A stretch of DNA of 64,000 nt from the NCBI GenBank assembly GCA_013239625.1, contig MU056703.1, positions 2,035,185 through 2,099,184 of the forward strand, in the 5' to 3' direction. Position numbers and translations under genes: made by a program. Shown piece by piece: positions 35,561-47,300 of this stretch. Position 1 is the stretch's first letter. Each line of letters begins with the position of its first letter. Under the pieces are notes generated by a model. It made no database searches, had not been told where the DNA came from, and worked only from the letters and a program-made list of their open reading frames with translations. The stretch is from Lama guanicoe (Eukaryota).

Positions 35561-36189
35561 CCATGAATGACCACCGCCCCATCCTGCAGCTGCCCTGACT
35601 TTGTGCAGGCTCAGGAGTCCAGTTAACCGAAGCATCTGGGCCGTGGCGAGGGGAGTAGAACCCTTAATCTGCTACTTCGCAAAAACCAGAGGGTCACGTC
35701 ACCCCCAGAGAGCGTAGGAGGAGAGGGCCAGCGGCTGCCTCCATCGGTTGTTGTTAATTACTGATGGGCACGGGAGGAGCCTTCCCCCACCGTCTGATGC
35801 CCGAGGCTCAGGCCCTGGGAAGCTGTAATGAGGACAGTCAGGTGCTGAGGAGAAGGGCACAGACGTAATTTCTGTGCAGGTGGGGGGACGCGTGGGTCTG
35901 CGGGGCCTGTTCCTCCAAGATAAACCTTTTCCCTCGGAAGGCACAAAGGCCATCTGATATCTTGGCCACTTTAATCACACGCACAGCCTCACTCGACCCC
36001 CACATCGCAAGGAATCAATAAGAAATTAGAGCGCTGCCGGCGACTTTCTGGGCAATCTGGCGGGCGGCCGTGAGGCTGCACTGCTGTTTTTTCTCCATCT
36101 TCACCTTCCATTTGGGAAACTGCGTGGTTGGTGCCCCCTACCAGCCTTGGCCCGAGGTACCCCAGACAGCAGCACCCATTGCCGCACAC

Positions 36190-36261
36190 CCAGGATGCAC
36201 AGCGCCCCGCAGGAGGGTCTGGTCCAGGATGCACAGCGCCCCTCAGGAGGGGCTGGTCCAG
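36190..36261. repeat. 34-bp tandem duplication
   Basis: CCAGGATGCACAGCGCCCC(G/T)CAGGAGGG(T/G)CTGGT twice, then CCAG. Confidence 0.92.
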
Positions 36262-37749
36262 AGCTGCTGTTGGGGAAGTGACTCTTCCTGCTGAGATGGG
36301 CTGTGAATGACCCCCATCCCCTCTGACTTACGAACACTCAGACTTGCCCCTGCGGACACAAGGACAGCTGCGAGCCTACCATTTCGCAGAAGCCAACCAT
36401 GAGAAGTGCTAACAGACCACCTCACCAGCCAGGCAGCTGAGAGTCAGCCCACAGCCCTTGGGAGCCCGGCCTCCGCCTCCCACTGGGCACACCCTCCTGC
36501 GGGCGCTGGGCAGCTCCTCCCTGCGGGGATCTGGCCGGGAGGGCTGGCCCCACCTGGGCCCTGTGAAATGGTACTTGTGACAATTCTCCAGCAGCCCCAC
36601 AAGGACAAGGTCACCCACTTGGCACGTCTTCCCACTGCTGACTCTCTGGGCAGCAGGGAGGGAGACACAGTCAGTCTGCTCCCAAGCTGCGCTGGTTGTA
36701 ACGCTACCTCAGGTTTCTTCTTGCTGAACAAGAAAACTGTGAGTCCCAGGTCCCGTGGAGAAACCTGAGGGCACCAAGGTCACCTGTGTGGCCAGGACCC
36801 CAGCCCCTCCTCACCTGTCGGTCCACGCCATCAGCAGACTTCCTCAGCTCCACCCCCAGGCAGCCCGCGTCTGTGAAACGGACAAGAAAATGACCCTGAG
36901 CTCCTCTGCTCCCGTAAAGCCTCCTCCACAGCCTTTCCTGGATGGATTAACCAGCCCGTGACCCTCAGTTTCGTCCCCTAGAAGGCGGTGCCCTGACCCA
37001 CTGCGAGTGGCTCTTAGGAATGAGGGAGGTGCCAAAGTGAACGTGTGGGAGGGGCTTGGTGAGAGCTAGCCCACTGCTCATCACCGCCATCCTCGGAGTT
37101 TCTCACCTTCCGGGAGCACATCCGGCTGGGCAGCGTGGACACTGTTCTGGGCCCCGTGGGGTGCACGGCTCAGCCACTCTAAGCAGAACAGCTTTGCTGG
37201 AGAAAAGTGGTCCAAGAGGGCCAGGCCAGACAGTTAAATGATCTCTACCTGCATTCCTCATGTGCAGTGAGCAAATGAGGATTTTGCTGAATTTACTTAC
37301 ATCAGTTTGTGAAAAGACATGAAACCACACAGACACAAACGAAGCCGCCCTCTGAGCCATGTCCCGTGCTCCCCCTCTCCCGGAGAGGGGTCTATGTCTG
37401 AGCTTTACCCCCGTGAGTGGGGGCACAGAGAGCACATTGGGTCAGCTCTGTGTCTTTATTACTTACATTGAAAAGAGCTTCTGTGCGCCATTTTGCAAGT
37501 TGCTTTCATTGTCCCACCTTGTAATTCTGAGATCCCCCATGTAGTGTAAGCGCCATCCAGCAACCCAGGGCCTGACGGCACCCAACCCACCACTTTCCAC
37601 TCCAGGGGAGGCCCTCAGCATTGCCCAGAGCTGCTGGAAAGAGAGGGCTGTGTGTCTGCTTGGTTCGGGGCAGCAGTGGGGGGCCAGGGGCCTGTGCTTG
37701 ACCCGCAGCCCTGATACCACACACGTGGCGCTCCGAGCAGCAAGTGGGA

Positions 37750-39080
37750 GAGGCCCTGAGGGAACGCGCCCCCGGCCCAGGCCCACCTCACGTAGTTCAC
37801 TGCAGGCCCTGCTGAGGGCTGTGCCCGCCGGAGCGAGGACCCCACCCCCGGGGGGCTGCCGGTTCTGCTGGCCCACGGACTCGGGGCACTGCTCGGGTGG
37901 TCTCCCCATGACCCTTCCTGCAGGTGCCAGCCCAGAGCCTGTCCCACAGCTGGGCTGCCAAGCTGGTGGCTATCTCGGGCTTGGAGGCTGGACTGTATGG
38001 TCGGGTCACCAGGACCCGCGCCGGGGGTCTCGCAAGCTGCCAGAGCCCTGGGTCATGGCTGTCTGTTCTCGCCTCCAGGTACCAGCAGCGCGGACGTGAA
38101 GGAAAACCGGAATGTGAGCAACCTGGAGGCGCGGCCGCTGCCCGTGGGCGACCGGACCCGAGGAGGCCCGCCCGGCCTGAAGAGGAAGCGGCCGCTGGAG
38201 GAGGGCGGTGGCGGTCCCCTGCGCCAGCTGCACCTCCTCTGGAGGGGGCTCTCGTGGTCCGTGGCGCCCAAGAACGCACTGGTCCAGCTGCACGAGCTGC
38301 GGCCCGGCCTGCAGTACCGCACAGTGTCCCAGACCGGCCCGGTGCACGCGCCTGTCTTCGCTGTGGCCGTGGAGGTGAACGGGCTCACCTTCGAGGGCAC
38401 CGGGCCCACCAAGAAGAAGGCCAAGATGCGGGCAGCTGAGCTGGCCCTCAGGTCCTTCGTGCAGTTCCCCAACGCCTGCCAGGCCCACCTGGCCCTGGGC
38501 AGTGGCGCCAGCCCGTCCCCGGACTTCACCTCTGACCAGGCCGACTTCCCGGACACACTGTTCAAGCAGTTCGAGCCGGCGGCGCCCAGCGAGGCCTTCC
38601 CCGGCCGCCGCCCTGCCGCCCCTGAGCGCCTGTCTGCAGCCTGCCGGCGGGGGCGGCTCCTGTGCCGGCCGCTGGACCTGGTGGGCACCGCAGCCCCGGG
38701 CGAGAGGAACCCGGTGGTGCTGCTGAACGAGCTGCGCTCGGGCCTGCGGTATGTGTGCCTCTCGGAGCCTGAGAAGCAGCGCGCCCAGAGCTTCGTCATG
38801 GCCGTGAACGTGGACGGGAGGACATTCGAAGGCTCGGGACGCAGCAAGAAGCTGGCCAAGGGCCAGGCGGCCCAGGCTGCCCTCCAGGCCCTCTTCGACA
38901 TCCGGCTGCCCGGCCACGTCCCCAGCAGGAACAAAGGCCACCTCCTGCCCCAGGTGAGAGTTCAAGGAGGGCTGCCAGCAGGGCGGGGCCCAGGGGAGAC
39001 CCTACCGGTGAGTGGGGGGCGTCCACCGCCAACGAGCCGGGCTCCGCCCCTCCCAGCCCAGCGCTGGCAGCCGTGCTCAG
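37750..39080. promoter_or_regulatory. CpG-dense, CpG-island-like region over exon 3
   Basis: Very high GC and visibly dense CpG across the exon and its flanks; boundaries approximate and not computed. Confidence 0.6.
38079..38953 (+). CDS. ADARB2: ADARB2 coding exon 3 (875 nt): basic KRKRPLEEG motif, dsRBD1 (~38267-38461), linker, dsRBD2 (~38708-38896)
   Basis: Lies inside ORF 37997..39142. Acceptor CTGTTCTCGCCTCCAG ends at 38078 and donor CAG|GTGAGA starts at 38954. Translation [11 protein letters not shown]...[17 protein letters not shown]...[16 protein letters not shown]...[14 protein letters not shown]...[13 protein letters not shown]...[16 protein letters not shown]...LLPQ is typical of ADAR3 rather than ADAR2. 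Confidence 0.97.
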
Positions 39081-39943
39081 GCTCTGGGGAGAGAGAGCTC
39101 CTAACCTGTGAATGGAAAGAAAGAACGTTGGCTCTGACCTAGCAGGGGTGAAGGGAGAGCCAGGGAGCAGGCTGTCTTGGAGCACCGCCAGCTCCTGGGG
39201 ACGGGGCAGGGCTCCTGTCCCCCGAGGACTGCCCTGTGGGAAGGCCCTTGGTCTGGGCTGGGGCGGGGAGCCTGCAGGCAAGTGCGTGCTAGGTGACCAT
39301 TTGGGCTGAGTGTCTGGCTCTGGAGGCTGGAGGAACCAGGCGCACGTGCATCACTCCTTCTCGGTGGCTCCAGCTGAGGCAGCGGCCGGTGTCGGGGGCT
39401 CAGAGGGGATGGGGTTGGAGCCTAGCCTCACGGTCGCTTCTCGGGCCTCGCCACACAAATCCAGGTGTCTGCCTCCTCAGAGTTTACTGTCCCGACTCCA
39501 GGAACTGTCCTTGTGTCGGGAACTGACCGTACGCTGTTTGACCTCCTCACCCTCACCACTCTCGTAACTGCTTGTTTATGCAAATCGTCTTTCCTCTTAC
39601 CGTTTTGAGAACTATCTGCAGGCATCACTGATGTATCAGATGCAGAAAGTTATCTTTATTCACTTTTGACGTCAGTGGAGGAGAGAACCGTTCTACAGGT
39701 GAAAGGCACTTGGCCCAGCACAGGGTCCATGCTCAGTGCCAGGCACTCGTGAGGTATGGCTACGAGCACAGTGTCCTTACCTTGCAGCACCTCGGGTGGA
39801 ATCCGCTGTTTGCCTCAGGAGGTCGTGCATCCGCTGGAGAAGTCAGCATGCCACCTAGACTCGGCAGCTCGGGGGGTTCTGGACAGCAGATCAAACAAAT
39901 GCACTAGGACAGACCCCTCACGTCGAATCACAGCCAGGAGCAA

Positions 39944-40190
39944 TCATCCACCCGCCCACCCGTCCTTCCATCCATCCATCATCCGTTCATTCAGTGAACG
40001 TCCCTCTGACTGGCAGGTGCAGAGCACGCGCCGGCACAGACATCGGCCTGCTCCCCACAGCTCTGCTGCCTGAGGGGCAGAGACCATAGAACAGAGAACC
40101 CCAATAGGGGCGGCTGTTTCTCCTGCCACCTCTGGCCCCCAGTCCTTCATTTATTGTCAAATATTTACTAAACGTTCCAGGCACGAGGTC
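39944..40190 (-). mobile_element. L2 3'-end remnants
   Basis: CCATCCATC...TTCATTCAG.GAAC and TTCATTTATT..CAAATATTTACTAAAC..CCAGGCAC. Confidence 0.45.
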
Positions 40191-42129
40191 GAGGAGTTTA
40201 ACCCATCATCTCCACGCATCTTGCCTTCCGACCCACCCTCAAATAACACACAGTCCAGGCGAAGAGGGGCGTTTGCAAAGCTAGGCCATGGTGGGGAGTC
40301 CCCGCCAGAAACCCTGCTGTCCCGCTGCCCCTGCCTGACGCCCCCGCTTCATCTCTTCCCCTCCTCGTCCTCCTTGCACAGCGTCTCCACCCATGTCTGC
40401 AGCTCAAACCACCAGTGGCCCCCAAGGAGCCCCTTGGCCCCTACCGGCAGGATGGCCCCAGGTGGCCGTGGCCTGTGTCCCGCCCCCTTTCCTGGAAGGT
40501 CCCCTCCCCGTGGGCTGTGGGTGCCCCCCTCCCCCCTGCTGTTTAGTGAGAAAGCCCTTCGTCTGGCCCCGCTGTGCTGGCCCTGCCGCGCCCGCCCCGG
40601 GAAAGGTGAAGGATGTCAGTGCGTCCCAGCCGTGAGGCCTTTCCTTTCATGTTGTCACCATGAGCCCTCGCAGTGGAGGAGCCCGGCGGCACCACTGCTT
40701 TGTAACAGTCATTTGACCCCAGAATGCAGCACATCAGTTAAAGCCACCGCCGCTAAATTATTTCTCTCTGACAGTCCGCTAACACCCCACTGGATGATGG
40801 AGCGCGCGGAGCGGCGGGAGGGCTGCGGGCCATCCATCACCCCAGACATGCCGACATCACACAAGGTCTGTCCTGGGCTCATTACCAGGCCGGGCGGGGC
40901 CGGGCAGGTCAGGGCTCAGGACCAGGCGCCCCCACCTCACGGCTTTATTAAATTCGAATCCTGCCGTGCGCCTGGTCTGGATTCAGGGGCTGAGCTTTCA
41001 AAAAAAGATTCCAAGGCTCCCTGTAAATTCTGCTCCGCTTTCCTCCTCCGCCCACCGCCGCCTACACGTCTACACAGTGTGCATCCCGCTCAGGCCGGTC
41101 CTGCTCCCGGGGGACCCACCTTTGCCGTTTACCTGCACCATCAGCACCTGCTCCAGGAGGCAAGCCAGGCACCCCGGCCTAGCAGGGTGCCCAGAACGCC
41201 GTTCACACTCTCAGAAAGGGCAGGACCCACCGCTGAGCCGGGAGGACCCTGCCCGAGTCCCCCTGGGGTGGCAGCGTGCTCACGGCTGGGGCAGCCTGGG
41301 TCTCAGCCTCGGAATTTAATGTTTTCTACCCGAAGTCCTGTCTTGGTGTGCAGGAGTCTGGGTTCTGAGAGTCCCCCGCTGGGTCCCGCAGACGCAGAGA
41401 CAATGTCTCTGTTTAGCACTTTGAACCGAAGGCTCCAGAGCCATCACTAGGGGTGAAAAAGTTCTAACTCGGCAGTCGCGTGGGGAGCGCGCTGGGCCCA
41501 GCCGCGGGAGATCCGGGGCCAGGCGCCTGCTCCGCCAAGTCCCGCCAGGCGTGTCAGAGGCCAGCGCTACCGGGTTCCTGGCTTCTTGGGACCTCAGCTG
41601 CAGAGCAGACCCCGGGGGCTCGCCCGTCACAGACGCCCCGTGTGAGACCTACAGGGACCGCTGCTCTCATCCAGGCCAGAAGCCGTTTTCCAGCAGTCAA
41701 GACAATTAGTTTAGACTTATTCCAGCCTCGATCCCCAAAGAGTAAGTTCTGCAAAATGACTCTCAGTAAAGGCATCAGTCACCGGCTGCGAGTTCCTCGG
41801 TACCTGATTTCCAGTTTCCTCCACCCGGGTGCTTCTCAGAATCAGGCTGATTCGGTCCTTCGGTTTCATGGGATCAGGTCTCTTTGGTAGAGCGACGAGG
41901 CCGTGCTGTCTCAAATCCTCTGAAACAGTGCAGGCCCGAGCGAGGGGACACTGCCAGCACCAGCTGATGACGGTGACCGCCGAGACCGGGGCTGGTGGGA
42001 GGGCTGGCCCGCGTCCTCAGACGTCCTGGATCTGGGCTGGTGAGGGACCCCTCAGTCAACGGGAAACCTGGAAGCGATAACGAGAGTGTGTAGGAGCAGA
42101 AATACTCATCACCTGGAGGCATCATTGTT

Positions 42130-42205
42130 AAAAGGGGAAAAAAGAAGAGGAAGAAGAAAGGGAGGGAGGGAGGGGGGAGGAAGGAAAGAAAGACAAAGAA
42201 ATCAC
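42130..42205. repeat. Polypurine (GA-rich) low-complexity tract
   Basis: AAAAGGGGAAAAAAGAAGAGGAAGAAGAAAGGGAGGGAGGGAGGGGGGAGGAAGGAAAGAAAG. Confidence 0.85.
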
Positions 42206-44054
42206 AAAATCTGCGTCTCTGTGGTCTTTATTCCCCACTCCCGGCTTGAAAAGACTTGAATTCATAACAGCTTTCAGTTCGGCCAGAGGCTCATCTCTGG
42301 GCATTTCTGCGCGGGGAAACCGGCCAGAGAGGAGCAGGAAGTCCTGTGAAGGAGAAGAAAGAAACGGAGGAAACTTGTGGTGACACAGAAGGGAGGGGGC
42401 GGGAACACTCGCTGCTGGGTGGGACAGCCGGTTTCCTGTCTGGCTTGCGAGCTTCTCCTTCACCCTCAGTGATTCCCCTTTTGGTTTGTTTTTGACTTTT
42501 TTAAATTCCATGTCAGGCTCCAGCAGCTCAAATAGTGTCTTAAAGACTGAGAGCAATTGAGACACTTTATCCGCAAGGATAGAGGGGCCGCCTTTAAAAC
42601 GAACAGCGGCTGCTCGCTTCCATCTGGGGACAGGAATCCTTCCGGGGAGCGGCCACCCAGGCCTGTCCTCGCTCTCGCTCAGTCAGGTGTGCAGCCTGCT
42701 GGGGCGCACCTGCTCTGGCCCGGGTGACGCGGCTCTCGCCGCCGGGGGGGGGCAGCCCCGGCCACACACCACGGGAAGTGAGCAGTGCCTGTGGAGTTTC
42801 CACGTTTTAGGGCAAATTTGGATCAGAGCTGCCGGGCGCGACCCCGTCTCAGGAACCTGCCCCAGGATCAGCTGCAGAACAGACCAGGGGCTGCCTGTTA
42901 CCGCGCTCTCAACAGCCGCACCGCGGGGCACGGGGAGCTGTGTGCACGAACCCGCTGTCCTCCGTCCAAGGCCAGGGTGACCCCCAGCCACCTCTGGCCA
43001 CTTCACAGGCTGGGTTTCTGCCAACCGCCCCCTCCCCCAGCAGAGGCCGCGGGCCCCCTGCCAAACGCGAAGTGTTGATTGATGCCGCTATAATGAGTTA
43101 GCAATGGAGCGCTCCTCGGGTTTAAATGGGCTCAGATTTACGCACACAGCTGTGGGACTCACATCACTCTGCTCTGAGATGGGCTCACACCATCCACCAC
43201 GTTTCACCCAAGGCCCCTCCCAGACAGCAGTGGACGTTCCCACGGTGTCCTCCTCTCTCCGCCCCATACCTCTCCCCGCCCCTGGCTCCTCCATCTCCCC
43301 CCCCCCCCGGCAGCTTGGGGATTCCAGAATGACCTCCGAAGGACACTTGCTGCTTTGCAGGTTCTACAGGTAGGAAGAAACTGCTCTGGATCCCAACTAT
43401 TTCCTTGGAAAAGGCTGATTTCTCCCGGTTGCAGCAGGGTGCTCCTCATGGCTGCACTTTCTCAGCTGTTTTCCTGCTGGGGCTGGCAGCAGGGCGGGGC
43501 CCACCATGTCCAGGCACCTGCCCGCACAGCAGACTAGGAGAGCGGCTCTGTCCACGGAGAGAGCTGGAGGGCTGGGCTGATGGGTCTCCAGATGAGCGAC
43601 ACTCCCGCGTCTCTGCAGACCCTCTCTGGGCCTCGCGGCGTTGGCGGATGGGGCGGTGGGGAGGGGGTTAGACAGCACTCGCCTTCCTCCCCTGTCTCCC
43701 TTCTCCTCCTGGACCTGCACCCTCACCACCACTTTGCACTTTCCACTTCCCGTGGAAATCGTCCCGACAGGCGATCTCAGCCCTGGCTGGTTTGGTGACA
43801 TTCGAGTGTAAAGAACAAGTAGAAATCTGTGCAGCGAGCATGGAGAGGTTGTGGTCAGTGAGAGCCAGGGTCAAGGGCGGCCCTTTCCTGGAAAGACTTC
43901 CACCAAATTTGTGGGAAAACAAAGAGCCTGGGATATTCATGCTTCCCTCTCAGACACAAGACTGAAATTCAGCGATTCCGGACTCATAAGAAAGTCTCTG
44001 CCTTCGTCCCTTCAGCCTGCTCCAGCAGAATTCCACAGGCCAGGTGGTCAGTAA

Positions 44055-44338
44055 GCCGCTGGAATTTGTCCTCCCGGGTCCGGAGGCTGAGAGGCCGAGA
44101 CCCAGGCACCGGCAGGCCCCGCATCTGGTGAGGACCCGCCTCCTGCGTCACGGGTGGCGGCCGCTCCCGAGCCCTCGCCTGGAGGAGCGGTGAGGCCGCT
44201 GGGCTCCCTGTGTAAGGACTCTCACCCCGGCATGGGGCTCCTCCTCGTGACCTCTTGACCTCATCACCTCCTGGCACCATCACCTTGGGGGTTAGGATTC
44301 AACACACGGATCTGGGGGCCACTCATCAGTCTGGAGCA
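44055..44338 (-). mobile_element. MaLR MLT1A-like solo LTR fragment
   Basis: GGAGGCTG.GAGGCCGAGA.C.AGGCACCGGCAG...TCTGGTGAGG.CCCGC.TCCTG...CCTCGTGACCT...ATCACCTCC...ACCATCACCTTGGGGGTTAGGATTCAACAC. Confidence 0.8.
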
Positions 44339-47300
44339 ACCTGTTAATCCCCAACTTTAACCAGAAAGGAGCCCAGGGGTATGTTTACGCGCCATCGTTG
44401 ACATCGGAACAAATCAGCTCAAATCAGCGCCTGCCGGCTCCCGCCCCAGCCCCACGCCCGGCTGACCACTGGCCTTTCCAGTCTCATCCCCCCTTGCCGT
44501 CCTGCAATGCGGTGTCAGGAAGCGGAGAGGGCAGGATGCCAGCAGATTAAGCAGTGGTTTGACGGTTAATGAAGAAAAGAATCTCACCATGGGTCTCTCA
44601 GCCCTGGTTTAGACCCAGCCCCTGTGAGCAGGACCAGAATCTCATCAAGGAAACCCGTGTCTCAGGAACTGATCGTGGAAGAAAGGGCTTTACTTGAATC
44701 GGTGTCACAGAACTCGGCCAGCCAGCCCAGTCTCAACCCAGAATGGGGCCGGGGGCTTCCCCCACAGCCCTGGTCAGGGAGCGGGGTTTGGGGCTCCACC
44801 CACAGCGTGGCTGCTGCGTTGTCGTGGTTGTACCCAGATGCAACGTGTACAGTGGGGCTGGGGGTGCAGGGCGCACTGGCCCTGTCTTTCCGGGGGAGCA
44901 GGCTCAGTTACCTCGCTGACATCACAGCCTTCCCAGCTCGCAGGGTGGACCTCTTCGCATCCAAGAACACCACCATCTGAAGATTCTGGTTTCTTAGGCT
45001 CAGCCCTGACCCCTTGCCACGCCCCCTGCTCCCATTGTCCCACACTCAGTGGTTTCAGGAGAAGGAACGGTTCCTTGAGTGCCTTTCCATAGTGCCAAAA
45101 AAACCTTTGTTTCACAGCAGAACGCCTTCCATCGACATTCGGCCTCATGAGGGGAGGTGACTGTCCTGCGCGGGGCGGTGCTGCCGGCCTCCTGCTCCAC
45201 ACGTGGGAGAGGCCCCGAGGAGCATGTGTTTGGTTCCGGGTTCCCTGAGTTTAGATCAGGGGACGCAGACGTGGAGGATGTAGAATGTTCCCATCAGGAG
45301 CTCGGAGCTACCCCCCCCCGTGACCTCAGATCCATGTGGGCGCTGCCGAGTCCCTGAGCCCTGGGGAACCAAGACGTGCCCTGCCTATTACACGTGCCGG
45401 TGGCTTTCGGTCCGGACGTGGGGGCTGGGAGAGCATGCGGAGGCTGCCCTCCGCCCAACACTGAGAAATTACAGGACTGAGTCCATGCAGACACCCCGTT
45501 GTGTCCAGTTGTTGTTAATGGCTTTAACAAGGAGTCAACCAGTCGAGATGAACCCACTTCTTTGAGGCACAGAGTGAAATTCAGAGTGACTCTCACCTCT
45601 CTCTCTCTCACACATACACGCCCGGCGCATGCGTGACCTGCACGTTCATATGTGTGTGTGTAAACCTGCATCTGGAGGGAAAAACAGGGTCCAGTGGGCG
45701 AGAATAGAAACCGGTCCCTTAGGGGCCCGACGCCCGCAGCACTTCTGTTTTCTGGGAGGGAGAGGGGGACGCCTCCGCCATTGAGGGCGCTTGTTTCCTT
45801 GAAGCTGCGGGTGGACGGCTGTCAGGTTGGTCCTTTGGTGTGGAGGAGAGGAGAGGGGGCAGCACTTGGCTCTTTTGTCCAGAATCATGGCACCTTCATA
45901 AGAGTGGGCTCTGGGGTGGTCACCACCTAGGAGTCCCCAGAACGCACAGTCAGACCCCACCCTCTTTGGCCGCCCTCCTGCCTCAGATGAGCGTCTCAGG
46001 CAGACGCCTCCAGCACCTGGCAGGGGCCCATCGGACTGAGACTTCCCGGACCTGCGTCTGGAGCAAGGGTCGGAACCCCAGCTGCGGGCCTGCGCAGCTC
46101 TGGCGGCTGGGGTCCCCAGGTCCCTGGGTCCCCGCGATTGCTCCCCTACCCCACCCCACCCCGCTGTGGCGCTCTGCCTGCGTCCAGGCCCTCGTCGGTC
46201 AGGCAGCCTTCCTCCTCTCAGCACCGCCGCTCCATCTGCGTTTTGCGGCCACATACACCCTCTTGTGGTCCGCGAGGGGGAAGAAGCCTTTCACAGAAGG
46301 ACAGCAGATTCCCTCCCGCATGTCCAGCCGACCCTGACCCTCCCCACATCTCATCTGCTCGGGAGATGCACTGACACCAGAGTGGCAGCAATGGGTCCCC
46401 ACCCACGTGGGCAGCTCTCCAGCCCCTGCAGTGAGGGGGCCAGACGCTTTGTAGACGCCCAGCAGCACGCTTGTGTGCTGACGCAGCGTGCATGCAGTGT
46501 GTGTGTGTGTACAGTGTGATTTACAGTGACGCCGTGTCTGCACGCCAGTCAGTCCACACTTACACAGTGTGGACACGGTGTACAATGTGCACTTACACAG
46601 TAGCCTCCCCCCCACTAACTTCCTACTGGAAGAAGTTTGGTACAATTTAAGGTTTAAAAAGTTAAGTACGTATTTAGGCCTCTGTGTCCCCAGTGCTGAG
46701 TTTTGGTGTCTCCAGATGTAGTTAACGTGCCTGCCGCTCCGTGACGCAGAGTCTGTAAGCCGTGCTCTCCAGCCCGCAGCCCCGGGGCGACGAGAGGAGG
46801 AGCCACGGCGTGTCGGGCACCGTCCTGCCTCGTGTGGTCCTAGGCGCTTTACTGAGCGTTACAGCTCTCGGAGGTGGCACCACTGGTGCTCCACTCAGAC
46901 CCTGGTCCCCCGACCCCCCGCGGCCCCGGGGGCTTGTAGATTTCAGGATGGCGTGGCTTCGGCCACGTACTGTGCAAGTCTCAGAGGCCCTGGGGGGCCC
47001 CACTCACCCCGCAGGGTCTTCTTGAAGGAGATTGGAGCTCTGCTCCTCCAGGCCCATGTGGGGAACCCACACCCTGACCCCCAGGCCCCCTTCTGAGGAA
47101 GCTTGTCCCTGGAGCAGGCCATGGTGGTCCCTCGAGAACCTCTCTCTCTTCCTTCCATCTTACTTCTCAGGGGCCCTAACCCCACCCTGTTCCCATGTTT
47201 ATGATCCTGGTGCACACGCGTGATGGGGGAGGAAACTCACACGAGTGCCGCGTCAGCAACCCTTTACGCGGGGCGTGCCACGTGCAGGCGGAGGTGCCCC

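Noticed and set aside
38020-38078. ADAR2-style self-editing AA-to-AI acceptor 47 nt upstream of the dsRBD exon
   Set aside because: No AA at the equivalent position (38030-38031 is TC), no pyrimidine tract there, and no obvious complementary stem.
38006-38965. Long antisense ORFs (319 aa and 293 aa) and the overlapping + frame ORF at 37924
   Set aside because: Shadow frames of a GC3-rich coding exon; no recognisable protein.
37997-39142. 381-aa ORF as a complete, intronless gene or retrocopy
   Set aside because: ADAR3 similarity starts and stops exactly at consensus splice sites (38079, 38953). The flanking residues are translated intron, and exon 2 lies upstream.
40221-41450. 409-aa ORF, the longest in the window
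   Set aside because: Non-ATG start, Pro/Ala/Arg/Ser-rich composition typical of GC-rich intron DNA, no domain and no clear splice signals.
46552-46574. 9-bp hairpin GTCCACACT/AGTGTGGAC
   Set aside because: Lies in CA/TG-rich low-complexity sequence where such pairing is expected by chance.
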